A DNA stretch of 64,000 nt from Minisyncoccota bacterium (GTDB lineage: Bacteria > Patescibacteriota > Minisyncoccia > UBA6257 > 2-01-FULL-56-20): contig DATKNL010000010.1 of the NCBI GenBank assembly GCA_035541435.1, positions 94,477 through 158,476 on the forward strand, written 5' to 3'. The position numbers were made by a program, and so were the translations under genes. Numbering within the stretch: the stretch's first letter is position 1; the number at the start of each line of letters is the position of its first letter. This document shows, one piece after another, positions 9,202-17,847 of this stretch. The notes beneath the pieces were generated by a model. The model worked only from the letters and a program-made list of their open reading frames with translations, did not search any database and was not told the DNA's origin.

Positions 9202-9272
9202 GGCGCGTAGCTCAACGGCAGAGCAGACGTCTTATACACGTCCGGTTCCTGGTTCGAATCCAGGCGCGCCCA
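9201..9272 (+). tRNA. tRNA-Ile with anticodon UAU, which decodes AUA.
   Basis: It folds as a canonical cloverleaf: acceptor GGGCGCG/CGCGCCC, D-stem GCTC/GAGC, anticodon stem GACGT/ACGTC, loop CTTATAC (U33, anticodon TAT, A37), T-arm CCTGG-TTCGAAT-CCAGG, discriminator A. Confidence 0.8.
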
Positions 9273-9299
9273 CATCGCGTTCCGCACCCCGCGCAATCA

Positions 9300-9334
9300 A
9301 AAAACCCCTCGAGCAGCGAGGAGCTTTTTGCAAC
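9300..9334. terminator. Hairpin CCCCTCGAGCAGCGAGGAG flanked by A- and T-tracts. It is possibly bidirectional (tRNA-Ile on the plus strand, the DUF378 gene on the minus strand).
   Basis: The sequence reads aaaaacccctcgagcagcgaggagctttttgc. Confidence 0.45.
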
Positions 9335-9351
9335 GCACTATGTTCCGATCC

Positions 9352-9576
9352 TTACTTCATCGCCGGCATCGCGGTCTTCGAGCTGCAGGTGCCGCAGTTC
9401 TTGCCGTGGGTGACGGCTTCGAAGATCGCCGAAAGGCCAACGAGGACATAGACGACCATGGCGATCGTGCCGGTCCCGAGCGCCCAGGCGACAAGGTTCA
9501 TGCTGAAGGCGAAGAAAAGCCAGTTGATGCCGCCGATGACGAGGAGGATAAACGCAATGATGTGGAGTGTTTTCAT
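9352..9576 (-). CDS. DUF378 family small membrane protein (YuzA-like).
   Basis: It is 74 aa with two TM helices. GGINWLFFAFSMNLVAW...VYVLVGLSAIF matches the DUF378 pattern. Confidence 0.6.
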   Translation of the reverse strand: MKTLHIIAFILLVIGGINWLFFAFSMNLVAWALGTGTIAMVVYVLVGLSAIFEAVTHGKNCGTCSSKTAMPAMK

Positions 9577-9680
9577 GGGGATGAATTGCTCGCTCTACTT
9601 CGACCTTTTATTCATTATACCAATCGGCATGCGCCGCCGCGCCGCAAAGCGGCGTTTTCCATGCTGTTAACGGGGTGCCG

Positions 9681-11510
9681 CTAGGCCGTGATCGGCTTAA
9701 GCTTGTAAGGCTTAAGGAGGCCATAGAACTCGTCTCCTTCAAGCGTTTCCTTCTCAACCAGCGTGTCGGCGACCTTCTTAAGGGCGGCTTTGTGGGTCTT
9801 AAGGATCCGCTCCGCGGTCTGATAGGCGTGCGTGAGGAATCCACGAACCTGCTTGTCGATCTCTGCGGCGACCTCTTCGGAATAATCCTTTTCCGACGAG
9901 ATCTCGCGGCCGAGGAAGACGAGGTCCTCGCTCTTGCCGAAGGTCATCGGTCCGAGGTCGCTCATGCCATATTTCGTGACGAGCCGCCGCGCGAGGTCGG
10001 ATGCCTGCTTGAGATCGTTCGAGGCTCCCGTCGAGACGTCGCCGAATGTCAGCTTTTCGGATGCGTAGCCGCCCATCATCATGGCGAGGTCGGCGAGGAA
10101 CTGCGCGCGCGTGCGCAGATGCTGGTCTTCGGTCGGCAGCTTCATCGTATAGCCGCCGGCGAATCCGCGGCTGATGATCGAGACCTTCTGTACGGGATCG
10201 GCATCCTTCACGCCGGCCGCGACGAGGGCATGGCCGCCCTCGTGATAGGCGGTGATCTCCTTTTCGCGCTGCGAGATGACGCGGCTCCGGCGCTCGGGGC
10301 CGAGGATGACCTTCTCGGCGGCTTCGAACAGCTCTTCCTGGCCGATGATCTTCTTGCCGCGCCGCGCCGCGATGATCGCGCCTTCGTTCATGAGGTTTGC
10401 CAGGTCGGCGCCCGAGAAGCCCGGCGTACGGATGGCGACCTTGCGGAGATCGATGCTCTTGTCGAGGAGCTTGCCTTCGGCGTGGATCCTGAGGATCGAT
10501 TCGCGGTCATTCATGTCGGGAAGGTCGAGGATCACGCGGCGGTCGAACCGTCCGGGACGGAGGAGGGCCGGATCGAGGATGTCGGGACGGTTGGTTGCGG
10601 CGAGCACGATCACGCGGGTGTCGCGGTCGAAGCCGTCCATTTCGACGAGGATCTGGTTCAGCGTCTGTTCGCGCTCGTCGTTGCCGCCGCCGAGGCCGGC
10701 GCCCCGCTGGCGTCCCACGGCGTCGATTTCATCGATGAACAGGATGGCCGGCGCGGCGCGTTTCGCGGTCATGAAGGCGTCGCGGGTTCGGGAGGCGCCC
10801 ACGCCGACGAACATCTCGACGAATTCGGAAGCCGAAATATAGAAGAAGGGAACGTTGCTTTCGCCGGCGACGGCGCGGGCGACAAGGGTCTTGCCGGTTC
10901 CCGGGGGTCCCATGAGCAGGATGCCGCGGGGGATCCGCGCTCCGAGGTCAAGGAATTTTTTAGGATTTTTTAAGAAGTCAACGACTTCGATCAGCTCCTC
11001 TTTCGCCTCCTTGAGGCCTGCGACGTCGCGGAACATGACCTTGTCCTTGAATGTCGAGAGCCTGAGGTTCGAGCGTCCGAAGCTGAAGGCCTGGTTCACG
11101 CCGGTGCGCGCCTGGCGGAACATGAGCCAGAAGAAGAGGGCGATGGCGAGGATCGGAAGGACCGTCGTGGCGAGGATGCCGGCCCAGAAGTTCCACTCGG
11201 ACTGGCTCTGCACTTCGAGCGTCACGCCGTCGAGGCTCGACGAGGTCACGCCGTAGTTGGCGAGCGTCTGCGTTATGCCGAGCTCGGCTTCCTTGTTGGA
11301 TTGCGCCGTGCTGCCGTCCTTGTAGGTCACGGTGAGCTGGTCGCCGTTCACGGTGATCTTCTTCACCTGTCCGGCGTTCACCTTTTGGGCGAGGTCGTTC
11401 AGGCTCACGGTCTGCGAAGGCGCCTGCGGGCCGGCGAAATAGGAAAAGATGAGCGAGAGGACGATCAGGGTTATGACGGCCCAAATGATGTTCTTGGTGA
11501 GGTTGGACAT
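9681..11510 (-). CDS. ftsH: ATP-dependent zinc metalloprotease FtsH.
   Basis: It has an N-terminal TM, an AAA+ Walker A (GPPGTGKT), an SRH, and a zinc-binding HEGGHAL motif. Confidence 0.92.
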   Translation of the reverse strand: MSNLTKNIIWAVITLIVLSLIFSYFAGPQAPSQTVSLNDLAQKVNAGQVKKITVNGDQLTVTYKDGSTAQSNKEAELGITQTLANYGVTSSSLDGVTLEVQSQSEWNFWAGILATTVLPILAIALFFWLMFRQARTGVNQAFSFGRSNLRLSTFKDKVMFRDVAGLKEAKEELIEVVDFLKNPKKFLDLGARIPRGILLMGPPGTGKTLVARAVAGESNVPFFYISASEFVEMFVGVGASRTRDAFMTAKRAAPAILFIDEIDAVGRQRGAGLGGGNDEREQTLNQILVEMDGFDRDTRVIVLAATNRPDILDPALLRPGRFDRRVILDLPDMNDRESILRIHAEGKLLDKSIDLRKVAIRTPGFSGADLANLMNEGAIIAARRGKKIIGQEELFEAAEKVILGPERRSRVISQREKEITAYHEGGHALVAAGVKDADPVQKVSIISRGFAGGYTMKLPTEDQHLRTRAQFLADLAMMMGGYASEKLTFGDVSTGASNDLKQASDLARRLVTKYGMSDLGPMTFGKSEDLVFLGREISSEKDYSEEVAAEIDKQVRGFLTHAYQTAERILKTHKAALKKVADTLVEKETLEGDEFYGLLKPYKLKPITA

Positions 11511-11676
11511 GGTTAGTGATACGAGAGACGGTTAAGCGCAGGTGCGTCAGAGCTCCTGCGCGTTTGTATATACGTATAGTTTAAGAGAAATATTTTGGAG
11601 GGTCAAAACGAGAGCAGCGGAAAGGACAATCCTTGTGCTTTTGAATGAATCAGATTATCCTTGTGTTGTTTAGGAT

Positions 11677-11749
11677 GGTGCCTATAGTGTAACGGTTAGC
11701 ACTAGGGTCTGTGGCACCCTCGGTTCGGGTTCAAATCCCGATAGGCACC
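11677..11749 (+). tRNA. tRNA-His (GUG) with an encoded G-1.
   Basis: There is an extra 5' G pairing with discriminator C73, as is typical for bacterial tRNA-His. The anticodon loop is CTGTGGC and the T-arm is TCGGG-TTCAAAT-CCCGA. Confidence 0.85.
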
Positions 11750-11803
11750 CAAGAAAAAAGCGCCACTCAAGCGGCGCGCGGTCTCGCAGCGTCGCGCGCG
11801 ACC

Positions 11804-12151
11804 TTACAGGCTGTTCAGATAATTGGCGATATCCGCTCCGCGTTGCAGGAGCGTTGGCTTGTCCTCGGTTTCGGCGAGCGCGCGCATGAGGTCCTCGAGC
11901 TTGCCGACATCTTCGGGGTAAATGGTCTTCAAGCCGCTCCATCCGAGGGAGGCATTGAGCGAAGCTTTGAGTTGCTCAAGCTGCCCCGGGGTCAGGGTCT
12001 CGATGATGGACGCAAGGGGCGATTTCTTTTCGTGAAGCGCGGCCATGATGCCCGCCCATTCGAGCACATGGCGCTCCTCGTCGCTCCCGGGCTCGTACGT
12101 CCGGCTTTCGCCGAAATCGCCCAAATGTTCCTTAGGAAGTCCTTCGTTCAT
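11804..12151 (-). CDS. Hypothetical small acidic protein.
   Basis: It is a 115-aa ORF between tRNA-His and glyA with no recognisable family. Confidence 0.35.
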   Translation of the reverse strand: MNEGLPKEHLGDFGESRTYEPGSDEERHVLEWAGIMAALHEKKSPLASIIETLTPGQLEQLKASLNASLGWSGLKTIYPEDVGKLEDLMRALAETEDKPTLLQRGADIANYLNSL

Positions 12152-12279
12152 GACGCCTTCATTCTAGCAGAACGGCTTCGGATGCGGGCATGCGGAACGG
12201 AAAAGAGGTATTATAAATGGCATGATCTAGGGCCTTTCAAGCATGCCGGCAGTCAATAAACCTTATTTTTACCTTCTTT

Positions 12280-13551
12280 ATGAACCTTCATGATCCCGTG
12301 CTTGAAAAGCTAATAAAAGAGGAATTGCGGCGGCAGCGCGAATCCCTCGATTTCATTCCCTCTGAAAACATCGTTTCGAAAGAGGTGCTCGAGGCCCTCG
12401 GTTCGGCGCTCACGAACAAGTATGCCGAAGGCTATGCGGGTGCCCGTTATTACGGCGGCAACCAGTACGTCGACCAGATCGAGACGCTCTGCAAGGAGCG
12501 CGCGCTCAAGGTCTTCAGGCTTTCGCCGAAGCAGTGGCACGTGAACGTGCAGCCCTATTCCGGTTCGCCGGCGAACCTCGCCGCATATCTTGCGCTCGTC
12601 GCGCCGGGCGAGAAGATCATGGGCATGGAGCTTGCGATGGGCGGCCATCTGACGCACGGACACACGGTGAGCGCGACGGGAAAATTCTGGAACGCGATCC
12701 GCTACGGCGTCGACAAGAAGACCGAGACGCTCGACTATGATGCCGTCGCGCGGCTGGTGAGGCGCGAGCGCCCAAAGCTCATCGTCGCAGGATTCACCGC
12801 CTATCCGCGCACGATCGATTTCGCGAAGTTCCGAAAGATCGCCGACGCCATGGGCGCCTATCTCATGGTCGACATGTCCCATTTCGCGGGACTCGTCGCC
12901 GGCGGCGCGCATCCGTCGCCGTTCCCTTATGCCGACGTCGTGACGACGACGACGCACAAGACGCTGCGCGGACCGCGTGGAGCGATGATCTTCGCGAACC
13001 GCGATTCGAAGATCGCCGCCAAGCATTTCAAGGGGACGAAGCTCGACATTGCGAAAGCGATCGACCGCGCGGTGTTCCCCGGGCTGCAGGGCGGTCCGCA
13101 CGTGAATCAGATTGCGGCGACGGCCGTCGCCCTTCGCGAGGATGCCGCGCCGGCGTTCAAAAAGTACGCGCATCAGGTCGTGAAGAATTCGCGGACGCTT
13201 GCGCGCGAGCTGCAGCGGCTTGGCTGGCGCATCGTCTCGGGCGGCAGCGACACGCACCTCATCCTGATCGACGTCGCCTCGCGCGGGTTGTCCGGCAAGG
13301 AGGCGAGCCAGCGGCTCGAGAACAGCAACATCATCGCGAACAAGAACACGATCCCGTTCGATCCGCGACCGCCGATGGATCCGTCGGGCATCCGGCTTGG
13401 GACCCCGGCGCTCACGACGCGCGGCATGAAGGAGCGCGAGATGAAGGTCGTCGCGAAGCTTCTCGACGACGTGCTTGGCAAGGATAGGAACGTGAAGGCG
13501 GACGTCGTGAAGCTCTGCAAAAAATTCCCGCTCGCATCGCTCGCGGGCTGA
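12280..13551 (+). CDS. glyA: Serine hydroxymethyltransferase.
   Basis: The sequence reads LDFIPSENIVSKEVLEALGS...YAEGYAGARYYGG...TTTTHKTLRGPRG (PLP-Lys context). Confidence 0.92.
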   Translation: MNLHDPVLEKLIKEELRRQRESLDFIPSENIVSKEVLEALGSALTNKYAEGYAGARYYGGNQYVDQIETLCKERALKVFRLSPKQWHVNVQPYSGSPANLAAYLALVAPGEKIMGMELAMGGHLTHGHTVSATGKFWNAIRYGVDKKTETLDYDAVARLVRRERPKLIVAGFTAYPRTIDFAKFRKIADAMGAYLMVDMSHFAGLVAGGAHPSPFPYADVVTTTTHKTLRGPRGAMIFANRDSKIAAKHFKGTKLDIAKAIDRAVFPGLQGGPHVNQIAATAVALREDAAPAFKKYAHQVVKNSRTLARELQRLGWRIVSGGSDTHLILIDVASRGLSGKEASQRLENSNIIANKNTIPFDPRPPMDPSGIRLGTPALTTRGMKEREMKVVAKLLDDVLGKDRNVKADVVKLCKKFPLASLAG

Positions 13552-13563
13552 CCCCGTCACGGC

Positions 13564-14196
13564 ATGAACAGGAAGATCCTCCATCTCAAGCGGAGCGATC
13601 CCGTCATGAAGTCGCTCATCGAAGGGATCACGCTTCGCGCGATCTCGAACCGGCGCGGCCACTTCGAGGCGCTCGTCGAAGCGATCGTGAGCCAGCAGCT
13701 TTCGGTGAAGGCGGCCGACACGATCTTTGCGCGCCTCGTCGCCCTGGTTCCCGGCAAGCCGTTCCCGACGCCGCAGGACTTCCTGGCGCTGTCGCCCCGC
13801 CGGATGCGTTCGGCTGGCCTTTCGCGCATGAAGGTGAGCTTCATCAAGGATCTTGCGCGCAAGGTCCTTGACGGGACCGTCGACCTGAAAAAGATCGGGA
13901 CGTGGACCGATGACGAGGTCGTCGAGCACCTTACGGCCGTGAAGGGGATCGGGACGTGGACGGCCGAGATGTTCCTGATCTTTTCCCTCGGACGGGAAGA
14001 CGTCTTCTCGTATGGCGACTTGGGCTTGCGGAACGCGATCAAAAAGGCCTATAACTTGAGGAAGCCGCCGAGCGAGCAGCGCGCCAGGGCGATCGCGCTG
14101 CGGTGGAAGCCGTACCGCAGCCTGGCGAGCCGCTATCTCTGGGCGAGCCTCGGCAATACGCCGGTTCAAAAGAAGCAGAAAAGGAAACGACCATGA
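13564..14196 (+). CDS. HhH-GPD superfamily DNA glycosylase (AlkA / 3-methyladenine DNA glycosylase II-like).
   Basis: It has the helix-hairpin-helix GIGTWTAEMFLIFSLGREDVFSYGDLGLRNA with the catalytic Asp context. Confidence 0.7.
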   Translation: MNRKILHLKRSDPVMKSLIEGITLRAISNRRGHFEALVEAIVSQQLSVKAADTIFARLVALVPGKPFPTPQDFLALSPRRMRSAGLSRMKVSFIKDLARKVLDGTVDLKKIGTWTDDEVVEHLTAVKGIGTWTAEMFLIFSLGREDVFSYGDLGLRNAIKKAYNLRKPPSEQRARAIALRWKPYRSLASRYLWASLGNTPVQKKQKRKRP

Positions 14197-15002
14197 TCAT
14201 CGACGGCAAGGCCATCGCGCAGGGAGTCGTCAGGCGCCTTTCGGCGCTCCCGCGTCCGCAGAAGTTTTTCGGCGCGGCGCTCGTGGGCGACGATCCGGCG
14301 TCGGTCAATTTTCTCAAACAGAAGGAACGCGTGGCGAAGGAGCTCGGCGTCGAGTTCCGTCTTTACCATCTTTCGGATTCGATGACGACCGACGACCTTC
14401 GCCGCGAGATCGGGCGTCTTGCCGAACCGAAAAACTGCGGAGGGTTCATCGTGCAGCTTCCGCTTCCCGAGCGCGTGAACCGGCATTACGTGCTGAACGC
14501 GATCCCGAAGGACAAGGATGCCGACTGCCTTGGCGAGCCGGCGCTCGGCGCGTTCTATACCGAGCGGGGGACTGTCGCGCCGCCGTCGGTCGGCGTCGTC
14601 GAACAGATCCTGCAGCTCGAGCACATGAATCTTCGCGAAAAGAAAGTCGTCATGGTGGGTGCGGGGTTCCTCATCGGGAAGCCGATCGGCTTCTGGCTGC
14701 AGAACCGGGTTTCGGAACTCGTCGTGCTCGACGTGCACGTGAAGAATCTCGACGAAAAGCTGCGGGACGCCGACATCGTCATCAGCGGCGCCGGTCACGC
14801 GGGATTGTTTGGCGCCAAACAATTGAAAGAGGGGGCGCTCGTCATTGATTTCGGGTTCAATCAGCACGACGGCAAAATCATGGGGGACTTCGATTCCGAA
14901 GGCGCCGAGGACCGGCGGATCAGCTATACGAAAACCCCCGGCGGTACCGGACCGATCCTCGTCGCCGAACTGTTCGACAATTTCTATAAGCTGAACGGAT
15001 AG
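14193..15002 (+). CDS. folD: Bifunctional methylenetetrahydrofolate dehydrogenase/cyclohydrolase.
   Basis: The sequence reads MIIDGKAIAQ...VQLPLP...VVMVGAGFLIGKP...TPGGTGPILVAELF. It overlaps the upstream gene by 4 nt. Confidence 0.85.
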   Translation: MIIDGKAIAQGVVRRLSALPRPQKFFGAALVGDDPASVNFLKQKERVAKELGVEFRLYHLSDSMTTDDLRREIGRLAEPKNCGGFIVQLPLPERVNRHYVLNAIPKDKDADCLGEPALGAFYTERGTVAPPSVGVVEQILQLEHMNLREKKVVMVGAGFLIGKPIGFWLQNRVSELVVLDVHVKNLDEKLRDADIVISGAGHAGLFGAKQLKEGALVIDFGFNQHDGKIMGDFDSEGAEDRRISYTKTPGGTGPILVAELFDNFYKLNG

Positions 15003-15004
15003 GG

Positions 15005-15076
15005 TGCGCGCTCGAGGGATCGGACCTCGGACCTACTCGGTGTAAACGAGTCGCTCTACCACTGAGCTAAGCGCGC
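15005..15076 (-). tRNA. tRNA-Val (UAC), with a non-canonical T-loop.
   Basis: On the minus strand it has acceptor GCGCGCT/AGCGCGC, D-arm GCTC-AGTGGTA-GAGC, anticodon loop TTTACAC and discriminator A. The T-loop reads TCCGATC instead of TTCRANY. Confidence 0.75.
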
Positions 15077-15123
15077 CGTCCGCATCACTATACGGATTCC
15101 TGCCGATATTTCAATAAAAAAAG

Positions 15124-15156
15124 AAAAAGCTCGCGGGCTGATGCGCGAGCTTTTGG
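15124..15156. terminator. Bidirectional intrinsic terminator.
   Basis: The sequence aaaaagctcgcgggctgatgcgcgagctttt has a 9-bp stem with an A-tract and a T-tract on either side. Confidence 0.65.
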
Positions 15157-15397
15157 ATCACCTCCTCTCTCCCTTGGCAGGGACCTCGTCAGCCTCGAGG
15201 ATGAGGGTTCGCTCTCACTTGCGACCGGATCGTGTTGGCATTCTGCCTCGATGGCAAGCGCGGCGATAAGGTGTGAATCTCATGCTGTGGGGCTCCTCCG
15301 ACGCCCATGCTAGGATTGCTAACTTCATTATAGACCAGGCGCCTGTGCAGGTGTTGTGGATAATGTTATATAATGATGGGGAAGGAACCTGAATGAC

Positions 15398-16039
15398 ATG
15401 AGGAAAAGCGAATGGGTCATGCTTCTGATCGTGGCCGCGGCCGCCGTTACGGCGTGGGTTTTCTATCCTCAGCTGCCGCCGCTCGTCGCCGTGCATTGGG
15501 ATTCCCATGGGGTGGTGAACGGCTATTTTGCCCGGGAATCGGGCGTCGCCATCTTCCCCATCGTCATCGCGGCCCTTTTCATCATCTTTTTCATCATTCC
15601 CCGCATTGATCCAAGGAGGGAGAACATCAGGAAGTTCAGGCGCTATTACAACTATCTCGTCATAGCGATCGCGCTGTTCTTCTATTATCTCTTCGGGCTT
15701 TTCCTCGCCTGGAACCTCGGCTTGCAGTTCGACATGCTCGAGGTGCTCGTGCCCGCGTTCGCCGTCCTTTTCTGGGTCATAGGAGCGGTCCTGCCGCATA
15801 CCCAGCCTAACTGGTTCATCGGGATCCGCACGCCGTGGACCATCTCGAGCGCCGATGTCTGGCGCAAGACCCACGAGCTTGGCGGGATCCTCTTCAGGGC
15901 GTCGGCCGTCATGTCGCTCTTTGGCATCTTCGTGCCTCCGTCCGCGCTTCCGCTCATGCTCATCTCGGTCGTCCTTTCGTCAATCGTCCTCGTCGTCTAT
16001 TCATACTTCATTTACGAAAAGGAACGGAAGACGGCGTAG
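15398..16039 (+). CDS. SdpI/YhfL (DUF1648) family membrane protein.
   Basis: It is a polytopic membrane protein with the N-terminal pattern YPQLPPLVAVHWDSHGVVNGY, which is characteristic of the DUF1648/SdpI immunity-like family. Confidence 0.6.
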   Translation: MRKSEWVMLLIVAAAAVTAWVFYPQLPPLVAVHWDSHGVVNGYFARESGVAIFPIVIAALFIIFFIIPRIDPRRENIRKFRRYYNYLVIAIALFFYYLFGLFLAWNLGLQFDMLEVLVPAFAVLFWVIGAVLPHTQPNWFIGIRTPWTISSADVWRKTHELGGILFRASAVMSLFGIFVPPSALPLMLISVVLSSIVLVVYSYFIYEKERKTA

Positions 16040-16045
16040 GCGACG

Positions 16046-17188
16046 ATGAGAGTCCTGATTGTCGGTGCCGGTTTGGGCGGCCTTGCCTTGGCAGCTTTTT
16101 TGGATAGCTGCGGCATCGAATACGTCATCGTCGAAAAACATTCGGACTGGCTGCGTGAGGGATATTCCCTGGGTCTTTGGAACAACGGACGGGCCATGCT
16201 CAAAAAGCTGGGATTGTCAGAAATGCTTGATGAGCACGAAATCACGTTTCAGCGCTTTTTGATTTGCGACGGGAATGGCGCGATCCTTCGGGAGTACAAC
16301 CTGTCTAGATTCTATGCCGAGTTCGGTATGGGGTATTCGCATGTAAGGCGAGCGGACCTTCACGATTGGCTGCTTCGAAACGTGAAGCATCCCATTCGGA
16401 TGAATACGTCGCTCATTGCCCTGAATAATTCGATGACGAATGTGGAGGCAACCTTTTCCGATGGCGGCAGGGAAGTGTTCGATCTTGTGGTCGGCGCTGA
16501 CGGGATCCATTCCGACGTTCGAAGCATGTGCTTCGAACGTCATTTGGAATCCTATACGAATTGGCGGGCCTGGTATGTCTGGGTCAGAAGATCTTTTGCG
16601 CAGCCAAGGACCGTTTCCGAATATGTCGCCCCAAATGAATTCGCCGCGGTATTCGATGAGGGCGACAAGGCCCTGGCGGTGCTCGTGGCTCGAACCGATC
16701 ATTCGCTCTGGGATGCTCCCGAGAACAGAATCGAACGACTCAAGGCGTTATTCAAAGGCGAACCGGTCCTCATCCCCGAGATCCTGAATGGTGCTACCGC
16801 CGAAAACATCCTGCCCGTTGATCTCGTCGAGATCTCATTGAAAAAGTGGTCAGTCGGAAGAGTCGTGCTCATCGGCGATGCCGCACACGGATTCGAGCCG
16901 TTTGCCGGTCTCGGCGGTTCGCTGGCGATGGAGGATGCCTATGTTCTCGCCGGTGAATTGAAGAAGGCGCCCGATGCGAGTGAAGGCGCGATCTCGCGTG
17001 CGCTTGAAGCATATGAGGCCAAGCGGCGCAGGCGGGTCGAGGAGGCCCGAACGTTGACCAACCGCATGCAGGGGTGGGCGACTATTCGCTCCCCGTTATT
17101 GAGAAAGATCGTCAACCGGTGCGTCCCGTTCCTTCCGGAGTCATGGATAACGGACAACTATTTTTCCTTCATGCGGGAGGAGATTTGA
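16046..17188 (+). CDS. FAD-dependent monooxygenase (UbiH/salicylate hydroxylase-like).
   Basis: It has an N-terminal FAD fold (VLIVGAGLGGLALA), a GADGIHS motif and a GDAAH motif. Confidence 0.75.
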   Translation: MRVLIVGAGLGGLALAAFLDSCGIEYVIVEKHSDWLREGYSLGLWNNGRAMLKKLGLSEMLDEHEITFQRFLICDGNGAILREYNLSRFYAEFGMGYSHVRRADLHDWLLRNVKHPIRMNTSLIALNNSMTNVEATFSDGGREVFDLVVGADGIHSDVRSMCFERHLESYTNWRAWYVWVRRSFAQPRTVSEYVAPNEFAAVFDEGDKALAVLVARTDHSLWDAPENRIERLKALFKGEPVLIPEILNGATAENILPVDLVEISLKKWSVGRVVLIGDAAHGFEPFAGLGGSLAMEDAYVLAGELKKAPDASEGAISRALEAYEAKRRRRVEEARTLTNRMQGWATIRSPLLRKIVNRCVPFLPESWITDNYFSFMREEI

Positions 17189-17321
17189 TTCGGTCGCCCT
17201 CGGAGGGAATCGCCCGCGACTCAAATGCTCGCCGCCGCTCGCATTTGGTCTGGGCACCGCCTCGCCGGAATTTTCTGCTGAAAATTCCGGCTCCGGCGTT
17301 CGATTCCCTCTAAGACAACAA

Positions 17322-17432
17322 ACAGCAGGAATATGCCTCGAAAGGGAGCCTCGGAGGCACGTAGGTGCCGAGAGCCTAGGCGCGTGTTCAGCAGAACACG
17401 ACGCCGTCCCTTTCGAGACATATTCCTGCTGT
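17322..17432 (-). repeat. Structured repeat element, copy D. It is inverted relative to copies A and B and directly abuts the tRNA-Arg 3' end.
   Basis: A 26-bp outer inverted repeat (acagcaggaatatgcctcgaaaggga ... tccctttcgagacatattcctgctgt, with 1 mismatch) encloses GTGTTCAGCAGAACAC. This is the reverse complement of the conserved inner hairpin of copies A and B. Confidence 0.65.
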
Positions 17433-17434
17433 TG

Positions 17435-17506
17435 CGCCCTCGGAGGGAATCGAACCCCCATAACCAGCTTAGAAGTCTGGCGTTCTATCCATTGAACTAC
17501 GAGGGC
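17435..17506 (-). tRNA. tRNA-Arg (UCU).
   Basis: On the minus strand it has acceptor GCCCTCG/CGAGGGC, T-arm GGGGG-TTCGATT-CCCTC and anticodon loop CTTCTAA. Positions 31-39 form an A·G mismatch, so the loop assignment is slightly uncertain. Confidence 0.7.
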
Positions 17507-17584
17507 ACGGGCATCGCGGCGGACGCCGTGCGTGCATTGATTCTAATCCAAAAATGGGCTAGGTTGAAGTGGCGCGTTTGCGAC

Positions 17585-17655
17585 CGGGCCGTAGTGTAAC
17601 GGTAGCACGAGTCCTTTGGGAGGATTTAGTCCGAGTTCAAATCTCGGCGGCCCGA
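17585..17655 (+). tRNA. tRNA-Pro (UGG).
   Basis: It has C1-G72, acceptor CGGGCCG/CGGCCCG, anticodon loop TTTGGGA and T-arm CCGAG-TTCAAAT-CTCGG. Confidence 0.85.
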
Positions 17656-17721
17656 CAGGAAGATGGGCGGCCACGCTTGTTTTCGAAAGCGGAATACGAT
17701 AAGATGAAAACCGCTTTGTGC

Positions 17722-17792
17722 GCCGCGGTAGCTCAACGGTAGAGCGGGCGCCTGAAGAGCGTTATACGGGTGTTCAACTCACCCCCGCGGCA
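17722..17792 (+). tRNA. tRNA-Phe (GAA), tentative.
   Basis: It has acceptor GCCGCGG/CCGCGGC, D-arm GCTC-AACGGTA-GAGC, anticodon loop CTGAAGA (G37 is unusual for Phe) and T-arm GGGTG-TTCAACT-CACCC. Confidence 0.65.
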
Positions 17793-17847
17793 CAGGCAGG
17801 AAAAATCCGGCACAGCATGCCGGATTTTTCGTTCGCGGTCGGTTCGG

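Noticed and set aside
12310-14169. A 619-aa ORF on the minus strand, antisense to glyA and the AlkA-like gene.
   Set aside because: It is antisense to two well-supported conserved genes. Its composition is Arg/Ala/Pro-rich, as is typical of GC-rich antisense artefacts. It has no family resemblance.
15157-15397. A possible SRP RNA, tmRNA or RNase P RNA in the 240-bp spacer before the SdpI-like gene.
   Set aside because: None of the hallmark motifs were found by eye (the SRP domain IV GGAAGCAGC, the tmRNA tRNA-like end with CCA, the RNase P GGAAAGTCCGG). It cannot be excluded without covariance-model search.
15215-15874. A 219-aa minus-strand ORF overlapping the SdpI-like gene and the upstream spacer.
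   Set aside because: It is low-complexity (Asp/Glu/Arg/Gly) and antisense to a credible membrane-protein gene.
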